Of a DNA stretch of 64,000 bases, positions 55,984 through 64,000 are shown in pieces. This DNA comes from Vicinamibacteria bacterium (GTDB lineage Bacteria > Acidobacteriota > Vicinamibacteria > Fen-336 > JAGNNV01): positions 24,282-88,281 of the forward strand of contig JBGATM010000001.1 in NCBI GenBank assembly GCA_044229175.1, in the 5' to 3' direction. The notes below the pieces were generated by a model that was not told the origin of the DNA, did not search any database, and saw only the letters and a program-made list of their open reading frames with translations. Positions within the stretch are counted from its first letter, which is position 1; the number at the start of each line of letters is the position of its first letter. The translations under genes and the position numbers were made by a program.

Positions 55984-56218
55984 CGCCAAGATCGACCTGA
56001 TCGCTCGCGAGGTTCTGCAAAGCCTCAAGAAGGCGCATGCCCACGACGCTCCCGCCAGCCCCTGCGCGCCCGCGAAGCCGGAACCTCAGGCCGTCGTCCC
56101 CCTGCACCCGTCCCTTCGTCTGCTTTCGGTGGCTGGCGGGGTGGTGGGATCGCCCTGCGTGATCGAGCCCGACAAGGCCTGCGTCGGCTCCTTGAAGTGC
56201 CGCACCTTCGGGCACTGA
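55976..56218 (+). CDS. Small Cys-containing protein with encapsulation-peptide-like N-terminal amphipathic helix
   Basis: MDDAKIDLIAREVLQSLKKA, then a Pro/Ala linker, then a 4-Cys C-terminus. Its ATG overlaps the BMC-P3 stop by 8 nt (ATGGATGA). Confidence 0.4.
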   Translation: MDDAKIDLIAREVLQSLKKAHAHDAPASPCAPAKPEPQAVVPLHPSLRLLSVAGGVVGSPCVIEPDKACVGSLKCRTFGH

Positions 56219-56220
56219 GA

Positions 56221-56236
56221 GGCGCGGGTTCGCGCC
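56221..56236. terminator. Candidate GC-rich hairpin between convergent genes
   Basis: ggcgcg-ggtt-cgcgcc is a perfect 6-bp stem with a 4-nt loop. It begins 3 nt after the small-ORF stop and 13 nt before the convergent metallophosphoesterase stop. No U-tract follows. Confidence 0.3.
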
Positions 56237-56248
56237 CCCCGGGCGGCT

Positions 56249-57205
56249 CTAGAAGCAGACTCCGTCGCCGCTGTCGATGACGGTTCCGGAGATGTTGAGG
56301 AAGGACCAGTCGTAGGCTCCCTCCCTCATCACGATGCGCAGCGCGCCGAAATGTTCGTTGGTTCGCGCCGCCGAGTGCGCCACCGGCGGGCGGACGAAAG
56401 CGGTGAGGTCACGACCGCCGGTGCCGACCACGAACAGGCGCAGGCCTTTGGCCGCGTCGGGGACCAGATCCGGGGTCATCAGTACGAAGCGCTCGTAGGA
56501 GTGCTCGTGACCGGACAGCACGATGTCCGCGTTGTTCTCGTACAGCAGTCGCATGAAGGGGAGAAGTGCCGGGGTGTTGCCGTTGGGCCCGGAGGCCTGG
56601 AAAGGGTGATGCATGTAGGCCACCGTGCACTTCTGCTTGTGGGTCAGCAGGTCGGCCTGGAGCCAGCGATACTGGGCGGATCCCACGTTGCACCCTCCGA
56701 TGCTGCTGCAGTTGCTGTTGAGGGCTATGAAGTGCCAGTCGGCGATGTCATAGGAGTACCACCCCTCGGTCCGAGCGCCCACGGCCACGCCCACGCCGGC
56801 GAAGTAGTCGAAGTAGCCGGTGGCGCCCCGCGTCTCGTATTCGTGATTGCCCGGGGTCGGATGGGCGTTCGCGTTCAGCCGGCCCCAGGTGGCGTCGTAG
56901 TTCTTCTTGAACTCGGCCAGCGTTCCCGACTCGTACTGGAGATCGCCCAGAGGCAGGGCGATGACCGCCGGGCGACGCGCGCGTTCGGCGACGATGAGGT
57001 CGGACGTCTCTTTGGACTTGCAGGGCAGCTGGGGGGTGGCGCTGTCGCAGGAGATGTCGCCTGCCGCCATGATCACGGGAAAGTTCGGGGTCGGAGCGGG
57101 CGTGGGCGTGGGCGCCGGGCTGGGCGAGGCGGAGCCGCCGCACGCCGGGAGAAGCAGGCCCGCGAGGAAGAGGAGAACGAACGACGAAAGAATCCAGGAC
57201 TTCAT
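56249..57205 (-). CDS. Metallophosphoesterase (calcineurin-like), lipoprotein
   Basis: Lipobox LLPACGG, and GDISCD...GNHEY...GHEH metallophosphatase motifs. Confidence 0.8.
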   Translation of the reverse strand: MKSWILSSFVLLFLAGLLLPACGGSASPSPAPTPTPAPTPNFPVIMAAGDISCDSATPQLPCKSKETSDLIVAERARRPAVIALPLGDLQYESGTLAEFKKNYDATWGRLNANAHPTPGNHEYETRGATGYFDYFAGVGVAVGARTEGWYSYDIADWHFIALNSNCSSIGGCNVGSAQYRWLQADLLTHKQKCTVAYMHHPFQASGPNGNTPALLPFMRLLYENNADIVLSGHEHSYERFVLMTPDLVPDAAKGLRLFVVGTGGRDLTAFVRPPVAHSAARTNEHFGALRIVMREGAYDWSFLNISGTVIDSGDGVCF

Positions 57206-57254
57206 GAATGAAAGATCGCGGAGGATAGCCGGTCCGGGACTTGCGCCGGTACGG

Positions 57255-59765
57255 CTAGAACCGAAAGCGAACCCCGAAGGTGGGAAGAAAGGGGAGGGCC
57301 GCCGTGGGTTCTTCCACGATGGTCGGCTGGTTGCTCACCGTCGAAGGGCGCAGTTTCGCGTCGTACCGGCCGACGTTCTGCCGGTTGGTGACGTTGATGA
57401 ACTCGAGGTAGAAGAGCCAGCGCGACTTGATCCCGTGCGGCTTCCAGTTGAACCGCAGGTCGATTCTGGAAAACCACGGGTAGCGCCCGTTCAGAAGGTT
57501 CGATACCGAGCCGTAGTCCGCGGTGTAGACCGGAAGCCCGAGCGAGTCCCGCTCCGGGATCAGTTCGGTGGTGTTCCCGTCCCGGTCGACGTCGAGAGTG
57601 TCGGCGGTGGGCACCACGCGAACCCCGAGCGGCGCGGTGCGGGGAAACCCCGACGAGGCCCGGACCGTGAAGCTGAGCTGGACCTTCTCGGAAGCGTTCA
57701 TCTGGCCCACGATCGACAAGGCATGGCGTCGGTCGTACTCGAAGGGAAGGCTCCGGCCGTAAGCCTCTTTGGTGGCCTTGCCGAAACTGTACGAGGCCCA
57801 TCCGGAAAACCGCTGATCCCCTCCCCGCTGGGGCCGGGTGGCCACGAGTTCCAGGCCGTAGGACCTCCCGGAGGCGCCGTTTATGGGCGCGGTGGTGATG
57901 TACTTCTCCCTGGGAATGCTCGATTGGAGCGTGATCGGGAAGTCGTAGCGGGCGAGCCGGGCCTGAAGCTCGGCGTCGGTCTCGAGCGCGCCCACGATCA
58001 GATCCGAGAAATTCTTGTAGTACGCCTCGGCCTTGAAACTCAAGGAAGCGAAGTCCTTCTCGAAACCGAGCGTCGCCTGCCGCGATCGTTCGTTGCGGAG
58101 CCCCAGGGTGGAAAGATCCAGGAAGTAATCCGACTGCAGGAGTTTCTCGATCCCCGGGCTCTGCGAATGAGACCCGTAGGCGGCGCGCCATCTGAAGGTC
58201 TCCCCGCCCCGCACCAGAATGGACGCCCGCGGCTCGACCTCCACCGTTCCGGTGATGGACGACCGCGAGAGGCGCAGCCCGGTCTCTATGGACAGACGCC
58301 TCCCCATGGTCATCCGGTCCTGAATGTAGGCGCCCCATCGATTGGAGGGCAATCGCTCGTCGTAGAAGTCGGGGAGCGCCGCTCCGCCCCGGATCGAGGA
58401 GGGGTTGGCCTCGGAGAGGTTGCGTTCGCCCGTGATGTTGTAGGTGGCGCCGGTGCGGAGACGATGCGCCTCGAAGCCCGCCTCGATCAGGTTCGTGGGC
58501 GAGAGGGCGAAGCTCCAGTCGTTGCGCAGGGAGAGGTCGCGGGTGGCGATGGTCTGGTCGAAGGCGACGTTGATCTGCGTGGTGTTGACCCGTCCGTTCG
58601 ATCGCCTCGACCCGTCCTCGAACTGGGCGTCGACGGCGAGGGTCTGGGCGAAGTCGTAGTACGCGGCGGCGAGGGTCGACGAAAGCCGCGGGCCAAAGAA
58701 GCTCCGCGCCCGCAGACCGTAGACGTCATTCGTCGCGGCGTTGGTGAACGAGCCGCTGTCCGTGCCGTCCCCGGTGAAGGTCGCGTCTCCGGACTCGCGC
58801 GACCGCATTCCGAACAGGGTCAACCGCGTGTTCGTCGAGGCCTCGTAGTTCCCGCGAAACTGGACATCGTTGAAGCCGGGCAGGTTCTCGCCCACGATGC
58901 GATCGGCGACCAGATCGTAGTAGGTGCGCCGGGCGCTCACGATCCAGGAACCCTTGTCCCGGTTCTTCCACGGACCCTCGAGGAGCACGTTGCCGTCCGT
59001 GATCGACAGCGTGGTCGAACCCTGGAGGCCGCGGTCCTTCGCTCCGTCCCGGTTCTCGACCAGGAGAATCGAGGACAGACGATCGCCGTACCGAGCCGAG
59101 AAGGCTCCCGCGGACAAATCGAACTTCTCCACCGTCTCCGGGTTGAAAGCGCTGGTGAGCCCGAACAGACGGTACGGGTTGTGGATCTCGACACCGTCCA
59201 TGAGGGTGAGATTCTGGTCCGGGGTTCCGCCCCGCACCGCGAGCCGCGAGCCGAACTCATCGGTGGCGGCGATCCCGGGGAGGGTCTGGAGCGCCCTGAA
59301 GATGTTGTCGACCGCGCCCGCCACCTGGAGCACCTGCTGGGGCCGGACCGGAATGGACGCGGGGGAGGGGTCGTCCTTCTGAACGCTAAAGACCTCCACG
59401 AGCTCCTCCCGCTTCACGGGCCGATCGAGCAGGAGGATCACGGTGGAGAGCGACTCGACCTCGGAGACCGAGCGAACCACGGGCGGCTGACCTTTGGCCT
59501 TGAGGGTGAAGCGATGAGGGGGCGGTCCTCTTCGAACCGTGAACTGCCCGAGCGCATCGGTGATCACCAGGGAATCGTCGATGCGGACCTCGACGCCTTG
59601 GAGCGGCTCTCCCGAGAGGCTGTCCCGAACCTCGCCCCGGATGTCCTGGACTTCAGGTCCGGAGGAAGCGCGCGCCGGTTCGGCCGCGAGGAGCAGGCTT
59701 CCGGCAAAGATCGCGGCGAAGGTCGCCGGCCCCAGTATGTCTTTCATCCTCACGATTCTACTCAA
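57255..59765 (-). CDS. TonB-dependent receptor with N-terminal carboxypeptidase-regulatory-like domain
   Basis: Signal peptide, a CarbopepD_reg-like segment, a plug (LAVRGGTPDQNLTLMDGVEIHNPYRLFG) and a 22-strand barrel ending in an aromatic residue (FGVRFRF). Confidence 0.85.
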   Translation of the reverse strand: MSRIVRMKDILGPATFAAIFAGSLLLAAEPARASSGPEVQDIRGEVRDSLSGEPLQGVEVRIDDSLVITDALGQFTVRRGPPPHRFTLKAKGQPPVVRSVSEVESLSTVILLLDRPVKREELVEVFSVQKDDPSPASIPVRPQQVLQVAGAVDNIFRALQTLPGIAATDEFGSRLAVRGGTPDQNLTLMDGVEIHNPYRLFGLTSAFNPETVEKFDLSAGAFSARYGDRLSSILLVENRDGAKDRGLQGSTTLSITDGNVLLEGPWKNRDKGSWIVSARRTYYDLVADRIVGENLPGFNDVQFRGNYEASTNTRLTLFGMRSRESGDATFTGDGTDSGSFTNAATNDVYGLRARSFFGPRLSSTLAAAYYDFAQTLAVDAQFEDGSRRSNGRVNTTQINVAFDQTIATRDLSLRNDWSFALSPTNLIEAGFEAHRLRTGATYNITGERNLSEANPSSIRGGAALPDFYDERLPSNRWGAYIQDRMTMGRRLSIETGLRLSRSSITGTVEVEPRASILVRGGETFRWRAAYGSHSQSPGIEKLLQSDYFLDLSTLGLRNERSRQATLGFEKDFASLSFKAEAYYKNFSDLIVGALETDAELQARLARYDFPITLQSSIPREKYITTAPINGASGRSYGLELVATRPQRGGDQRFSGWASYSFGKATKEAYGRSLPFEYDRRHALSIVGQMNASEKVQLSFTVRASSGFPRTAPLGVRVVPTADTLDVDRDGNTTELIPERDSLGLPVYTADYGSVSNLLNGRYPWFSRIDLRFNWKPHGIKSRWLFYLEFINVTNRQNVGRYDAKLRPSTVSNQPTIVEEPTAALPFLPTFGVRFRF

Positions 59766-59778
59766 ATACTACTCAAAA

Positions 59779-60873
59779 TCACACCCTGGGCTGATGTTTC
59801 TTGAGCGCCTTGCTCCCCATGCGATCGGCCGCTTTCTTTTCGATTCGCAGCTTGACGTCTCGGAGCTGGCCGATCGCCGTGGCCTCGCCGCGCAGCTTGG
59901 AGAAGTGGGCGTAGCGCTCCGCGTTCAGCTCGCCGCTCTCCGCGGCGGCCCGCACCGCGCACAGCGGCTCGGTCTGGTGGGTGCAGTCGCGGAATCGGCA
60001 CTTTTCCGCGAGAGCCTCGATGTCCGCGAAGGCGCCGGAGATGTCCGAAGCGCTCGACCACAGCTGCAGTTCGCGCATGCCCGGGGTGTCGATGGCGAGC
60101 GCGCCGCCTTTCAGCCGGAACATCTGACGCTCGGTGGTGGTGTGCCGGCCTTTCGAATCGGCCTCGCGAACCTCGCGGGTGGCCTGGCGTTCTTCGCCGA
60201 GGAGCGCGTTGATGAGGGTCGATTTCCCGGCGCCGGAGGAGCCGAGAAAGGCGATGGTGTCGCCCGCGCCGAGGAGCGCCTCGAGGGCCTCGAGGCCGAT
60301 CCGCGGCTTGGCCGCGATCAGGTGAACCGGCGCGCTGCCCGCCATGACCGCGACTTCGCTCAGGGGCTTGCCGGGGTCGGCGCACTTATCCGACTTGTTC
60401 AAAAGCACGACCGCCCGCGCCCCGCTCTCGCGGGCCAGGATCAGGTAACGCTCCACCCGCCTCGGGGAATAGTCGGAGTCGAGCCCGCACACGATGAACA
60501 CCGTGTCGATGTTGCTGGCCACGATCTGTTCTTCGGTCAAGTGTCCGGCGGCCTTGCGCTTGAAGGCGGTGTTGCGGGGCAGGACGAGCTGAATCACTCC
60601 CCGACCGTGGCGATGACCCTCCTCGCGAATTTCCTTCAAGGCCACGAAATCGCCCACCGCGGGCAGTTCGGAAGCGTGCAGCGCGTTGTGCTTCAGTCGG
60701 CCGGCGGTGGTGGCGATGAGTTCGCCCCTGGCGGTGATCACCCGGAAATACCCGCGATGATCGCGCACCACGCGGGCGGGAAAACAGCCATGGACGTCGG
60801 CGCTCTCGAACTTCCGGTGCCAGGCTTGCGAATATCCCCAGGCCTCGAGCTCGACGGGGTACGGAAACTTCAC
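59779..60873 (-). CDS. rsgA: Ribosome small-subunit-dependent GTPase A
   Basis: Circularly permuted GTPase motifs (NKSD...GSSGAGKSTL) and a C-terminal Zn knuckle (CRFRDCTHQTEPLCAV). Confidence 0.85.
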   Translation of the reverse strand: MKFPYPVELEAWGYSQAWHRKFESADVHGCFPARVVRDHRGYFRVITARGELIATTAGRLKHNALHASELPAVGDFVALKEIREEGHRHGRGVIQLVLPRNTAFKRKAAGHLTEEQIVASNIDTVFIVCGLDSDYSPRRVERYLILARESGARAVVLLNKSDKCADPGKPLSEVAVMAGSAPVHLIAAKPRIGLEALEALLGAGDTIAFLGSSGAGKSTLINALLGEERQATREVREADSKGRHTTTERQMFRLKGGALAIDTPGMRELQLWSSASDISGAFADIEALAEKCRFRDCTHQTEPLCAVRAAAESGELNAERYAHFSKLRGEATAIGQLRDVKLRIEKKAADRMGSKALKKHQPRV

Positions 60874-61289
60874 GGATTCACGGTGAAACTTGTCTTGAAG
60901 TCGATGGCGGGGTCGAGGGAGTGCCAGACCGAGCAGTACTTCTCACGAGACAACTCGATGGCCCGGGCGATTCGATCGGCCGGCACGTCGCCGGTCACCA
61001 GGAAATGGAGATCGACGCCGGTGATCTTCCGCGGCGAGGCGTCCGCGCGGAACACCCGCATGTCGCAGGTGAGCGACTTGACGGGAAAGCGGCCCTTCTC
61101 GATGACGTCCACCACGTCGATACCCATGCAGCCGGCGAGGGCGAAGGCCAGCGCCTGGGGGGGCGAGGGGGCGGTCTCGCGCCTGCCGTCCATGGTTATG
61201 GAAACCCCGCCGTCCGAGGTTCCGGAGAAGCGCTGGCCGCCCTGCCAGGTGAGGTTCAAAGCGAAGTCGGCCTTGGGTGTGGTGGTCAT
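60870..61289 (-). CDS. OsmC/Ohr-family protein
   Basis: Start at MTTTPKADFALNLTWQGG (aa 88 of the ORF). It has the OsmC Cys pair context (ALAGCMGIDV...REKYCSV). Length is 139 aa. The stop overlaps the rsgA start. Confidence 0.75.
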   Translation of the reverse strand: MTTTPKADFALNLTWQGGQRFSGTSDGGVSITMDGRRETAPSPPQALAFALAGCMGIDVVDVIEKGRFPVKSLTCDMRVFRADASPRKITGVDLHFLVTGDVPADRIARAIELSREKYCSVWHSLDPAIDFKTSFTVNP

Positions 61290-61407
61290 GATCAAAGCCA
61301 ATGGTAGCGATCCCGGAGCGTTCTCCCCAAGGCGCGCCGCGCCCGTCCGAAGGACCGTTGCCCATAAACTCCGCGATCCGCGAGGGTTCGAAGCCCCGCT
61401 CCACGCC

Positions 61408-63858
61408 ATGAGAGTCATGAAATTCGGAGGGACTTCGGTCGGCTCGGCCGACCGCATCCGGGGCGTGCTTCGCCTGGTTTCGGAAGCCTCCGGAGCCTCG
61501 CGCGTCATCGCGGTGGTCTCCGCCTTCGGTGGGGTCACAAACGCGCTCATCGACGCGTCGCGCCAGGCCCTCGCGGGATCGTCGGAATGGCGCGCCGATG
61601 TTCAGGCGATCGCCAAGCGTCACGCGGATGCGGTCCTCGAGCTCGTGGGTCCCGGGGAGCGCGCCTCTCTTCTCCAGGTCATCGAGCAGGCCCACGGCGA
61701 CCTGCGCGAACTGCTGCATGGCGTCTCCCTGGTTCACGAGTGCACGCCGCGAACCCTCGACAGCATCGTCAGTTTCGGAGAGCGCCTCTCCGCGCAGGTG
61801 GTCGCCGCGGCTTTTCGCGAGCAGGGCCTCTCCGCGCGCGCCGTGGATGCGCGCTCCCTGGTGGTGACCGACCGGGCTTTCGGCGCGGCGCGAGTCGACT
61901 TCGGCAGGACGAACGCCCGCATCCGCGATTGGTGGAAGGAAGAGACCGCGCTCCCCGTGGTCACGGGTTTCGTTGGCGCCACGGAATCGGGCGAGACCAC
62001 GACCCTCGGCCGCGGCGGATCCGACTACACCGCCGCCATATTCGGCGCCGCCCTTTTGGCCGAGGCCATCGAGATCTGGACCGACGTCGACGGAGTGATG
62101 AGCGCCGATCCGCGGATCGTCTCGACCGCGTTCTCCCTGGGCTCCCTTCGCTACGACGAGCTCATGGAACTTTCGCACTTCGGGGCCAAGGTGGTGTATC
62201 CGCCGACCGTGCACCCGGCCCGTGCCGCGAACATTCCCCTCGTCATCAAGAACACGCTGAATCCGACGTTTACGGGAACCAGGATTTCCGAGGAGGCTTC
62301 ACCCGCGCCCCTGGGGGTGCGGGGCGTGGCCTCGATCCCGGACGTGGCCCTCCTTCGCCTCGAGGGCGACGGGATGGTGGGCGTGCCCGGCATCGCCATG
62401 CGCCTGTTCGGGGCCCTGGCCCGGCGGGAGGTCAGCGTGATCCTCATCTCCCAGGCATCCTCCGAGCATTCGATCTGCTTCGCCATCGAGCCGGGCGCGG
62501 TGGCGCGCGCCCGGGAGAGCGTCGCCGCCGAGTTCGCGCTCGAGCGACAGGCCGGCCTCATCGATGACCTGGTGATCGAGCCGGAGATGAGCGTCATCGC
62601 GGTGGTGGGCGCGGCCATGCGCGAGACCCCGGGAAGCGCGGGCCGGATCTTCGGGGTCCTCGGCGAAGCCCACGTGAACGTGCGCGCCATCGCCCAGGGC
62701 TCGTCCGAACTCAACATCTCGTGCGTGGTCGGCCGGGACGACGAGAAGCGCGCAGTAAGCGCGATCCACGAGGCGTTCTTCGCCGACCACCGAACCGTTT
62801 CCGTCTTCATCGCCGGACTCGGTCGGGTGGGCCGAAGGCTGGTGGAGCAGATGACCGCGCAGTCCGATGGCCTCCGCGCGCGCGCCGGGCTTCGGCTCGA
62901 CATCGACGGCGCCTCGACCAGCCGCCACCTCCTGATCCGAACCTCGGGGATTCAAGGCGCCGGACTTCGGCAGACCGTCGAATCCGAAGGGCAGCCGGCC
63001 GATCTCGAGGCCCTGGTCCGCGCCGCCATCTCCAGCCGGCGTTCGAGCGCGGTGTTCGTCGACTGCACGGACAGCGAGGAGACCACGCGCCACTATGCCC
63101 GCCTGCTCGATGCCGGGGTTCACGTGGTGTCGGCCAACAAACGCCCGTTCGGCGGCGATCTGTCGACCTACAAGGCGATCAAGGCCGGACGCCGCCGCGG
63201 CCGGGGGGCTCTCTTCCACGAGACCACGGTGGGCGCGGCCCTTCCCGTGGTGGGGACGCTCTCGGACCTGGTGCGCACGGGCGACCGGATCCGGAGGATC
63301 GAGGGCGCCCTTTCCGGCACGCTGGGGTTTCTGATGACCAAGGTGACCGACGGCGTCGCCTTCAGCGTGGCTCTCAAGGAGGCGCACGCCCTCGGCTACA
63401 CCGAGCCGAATCCGCGCGAGGACCTTTCGGGCTCGGACGTGGCCCGCAAGATCCTGATCCTCGCGCGCGAAGCCGGCATGGCCATCGAAACCTCCGCGGT
63501 GGAGCGACACTCGCTCCTGCCCTGGCCGGAGTGGGACGCGATGCCCATCGACGAATTCTGGAAGCGCCTCCCCGAACTCGACGCCGGCATCGAGAAGCGC
63601 GCCCGCGAAGCTTCGCTCGAGGGAGGCCGGCTGTCCTACCTCGCTCGCGTGGTGGACGGAGTCGCCGAGGTGGGCCTGCGGCGGGTGGAACGGACGAGCC
63701 CCTTCGCCTCGCTCCGCGGGGGGGACAACATGGTCGCGTTCTGGACCGATCGCTACCCCGAGTCGCCGCTGGTCGTGCGCGGCCCCGGCGCCGGTCCGGA
63801 AGTCACCGCCTCGGGTGTGTTCGCGGACATCATCCGCGCGGCTTCCCTCGCGCGTTAG
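61408..63858 (+). CDS. thrA: Bifunctional aspartokinase / homoserine dehydrogenase
   Basis: Start at MRVMKFGGTSVGS (aspartokinase N-terminus). ACT domains are followed by a homoserine dehydrogenase domain (GLGRVGRRLVEQ...; LGYTEPNPREDLSGSDVARK). The upstream part of the 1439-aa ORF is antisense to other genes and is rejected. Confidence 0.9.
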   Translation: MRVMKFGGTSVGSADRIRGVLRLVSEASGASRVIAVVSAFGGVTNALIDASRQALAGSSEWRADVQAIAKRHADAVLELVGPGERASLLQVIEQAHGDLRELLHGVSLVHECTPRTLDSIVSFGERLSAQVVAAAFREQGLSARAVDARSLVVTDRAFGAARVDFGRTNARIRDWWKEETALPVVTGFVGATESGETTTLGRGGSDYTAAIFGAALLAEAIEIWTDVDGVMSADPRIVSTAFSLGSLRYDELMELSHFGAKVVYPPTVHPARAANIPLVIKNTLNPTFTGTRISEEASPAPLGVRGVASIPDVALLRLEGDGMVGVPGIAMRLFGALARREVSVILISQASSEHSICFAIEPGAVARARESVAAEFALERQAGLIDDLVIEPEMSVIAVVGAAMRETPGSAGRIFGVLGEAHVNVRAIAQGSSELNISCVVGRDDEKRAVSAIHEAFFADHRTVSVFIAGLGRVGRRLVEQMTAQSDGLRARAGLRLDIDGASTSRHLLIRTSGIQGAGLRQTVESEGQPADLEALVRAAISSRRSSAVFVDCTDSEETTRHYARLLDAGVHVVSANKRPFGGDLSTYKAIKAGRRRGRGALFHETTVGAALPVVGTLSDLVRTGDRIRRIEGALSGTLGFLMTKVTDGVAFSVALKEAHALGYTEPNPREDLSGSDVARKILILAREAGMAIETSAVERHSLLPWPEWDAMPIDEFWKRLPELDAGIEKRAREASLEGGRLSYLARVVDGVAEVGLRRVERTSPFASLRGGDNMVAFWTDRYPESPLVVRGPGAGPEVTASGVFADIIRAASLAR

Positions 63859-63872
63859 CAGTCGGCGCGCCT

Positions 63873-64000
63873 ACCGTCGCCAGGTGACGCGTCCAAGACT
63901 CTCGCGGTAGGCCGCGAGGCCGTGGAACACGAGCGCCGACCCGAGCCCCCCGGTGACCGCGGTGACGAGCGCGAGTGACAGACCGATGGCCTGCTTATCG
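63873..64000 (-). CDS. 3' end of a minus-strand gene whose start lies outside the window (hydrophobic C-terminus)
   Basis: The reverse-strand frame reads ...DKQAIGLSLALVTAVTGGLGSALVFHGLAAYRESLGRVTWRR and stops at 63873-63875. Only 42 codons are in the window. Confidence 0.3.

Noticed and set aside
1-64000. CRISPR arrays, tRNA/rRNA genes, IS elements, integrases, toxin-antitoxin pairs
   Set aside because: - I found no direct-repeat/spacer periodicity and no cloverleaf-like conserved tRNA features in the short intergenic gaps.
- No translation resembles a transposase, integrase or TA module.
- The window appears to be core chromosome plus envelope-modification loci.

Overview
This is a dense, high-GC (roughly 65-70%) chromosomal window with no rRNA, tRNA, CRISPR array or recognisable IS or transposase gene. 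I support about 55 coding sequences. The GWxTD- and PEGA-domain secreted proteins suggest an Acidobacteriota-like Gram-negative soil bacterium.

Gene content, left to right:
- **1-9.0 kb:** a convergent pair of GT4 glycosyltransferases, then a long minus-strand operon: MacA-type adaptor, ABC ATPase, two different MacB/FtsX permeases, a Yip1-like membrane protein, AsnB-type amidotransferase and a glycosyltransferase.
- **9-15 kb:** MOSC protein; a secreted Gly/Tyr-rich PEGA surface protein; a PBP-like serine transpeptidase; a GWxTD protein; pta divergent from a LysR regulator.
- **15-27 kb:** D-2-hydroxyacid dehydrogenase coupled to an outer-membrane barrel; a 1140-aa BNR/Asp-box propeller protein; gamma-glutamyltransferase coupled to an 8-heme cytochrome c fused to HEAT/TPR repeats.
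- **27-43 kb:** a GNAT plus ADP-forming acyl-CoA synthetase fusion with NfeD; uppS-cdsA; acyl-CoA dehydrogenase, MeaB and methylmalonyl-CoA epimerase; MTAP and a PfkB kinase; lpxB; two tandem S9 peptidases.

The two most interesting regions:
- **43.8-54.7 kb:** a Dlt-like carrier-protein-dependent O-acylation gene set, linked on the same strand to a potA-potB-potC::potD polyamine ABC transporter operon.
  - The set comprises a DltC-like carrier, a FAAL-like adenylating enzyme, an MBOAT DltB/AlgI-like acyltransferase and three SGNH/GDSL paralogs.
  - It also includes an unannotated 40-aa membrane micro-ORF that looks like DltX.
- **54.8-56.2 kb:** an orphan bacterial-microcompartment shell locus with no cargo-enzyme genes.
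  - It holds one PduA-like BMC-H and three EutN/CcmL BMC-P genes.
  - It ends with an overlapping 80-aa cysteine-containing ORF that begins with an encapsulation-peptide-like amphipathic helix.

The window ends with a metallophosphoesterase, a TonB-dependent receptor, rsgA, an OsmC-family gene and bifunctional aspartokinase-homoserine dehydrogenase (thrA). A conserved 77-bp intergenic repeat occurs twice, near 13.7 kb and 27.1 kb.

All calls are from reading the translations and the DNA by eye; no database search was run. Hand-counted coordinates inside lines may be off by a base or two.
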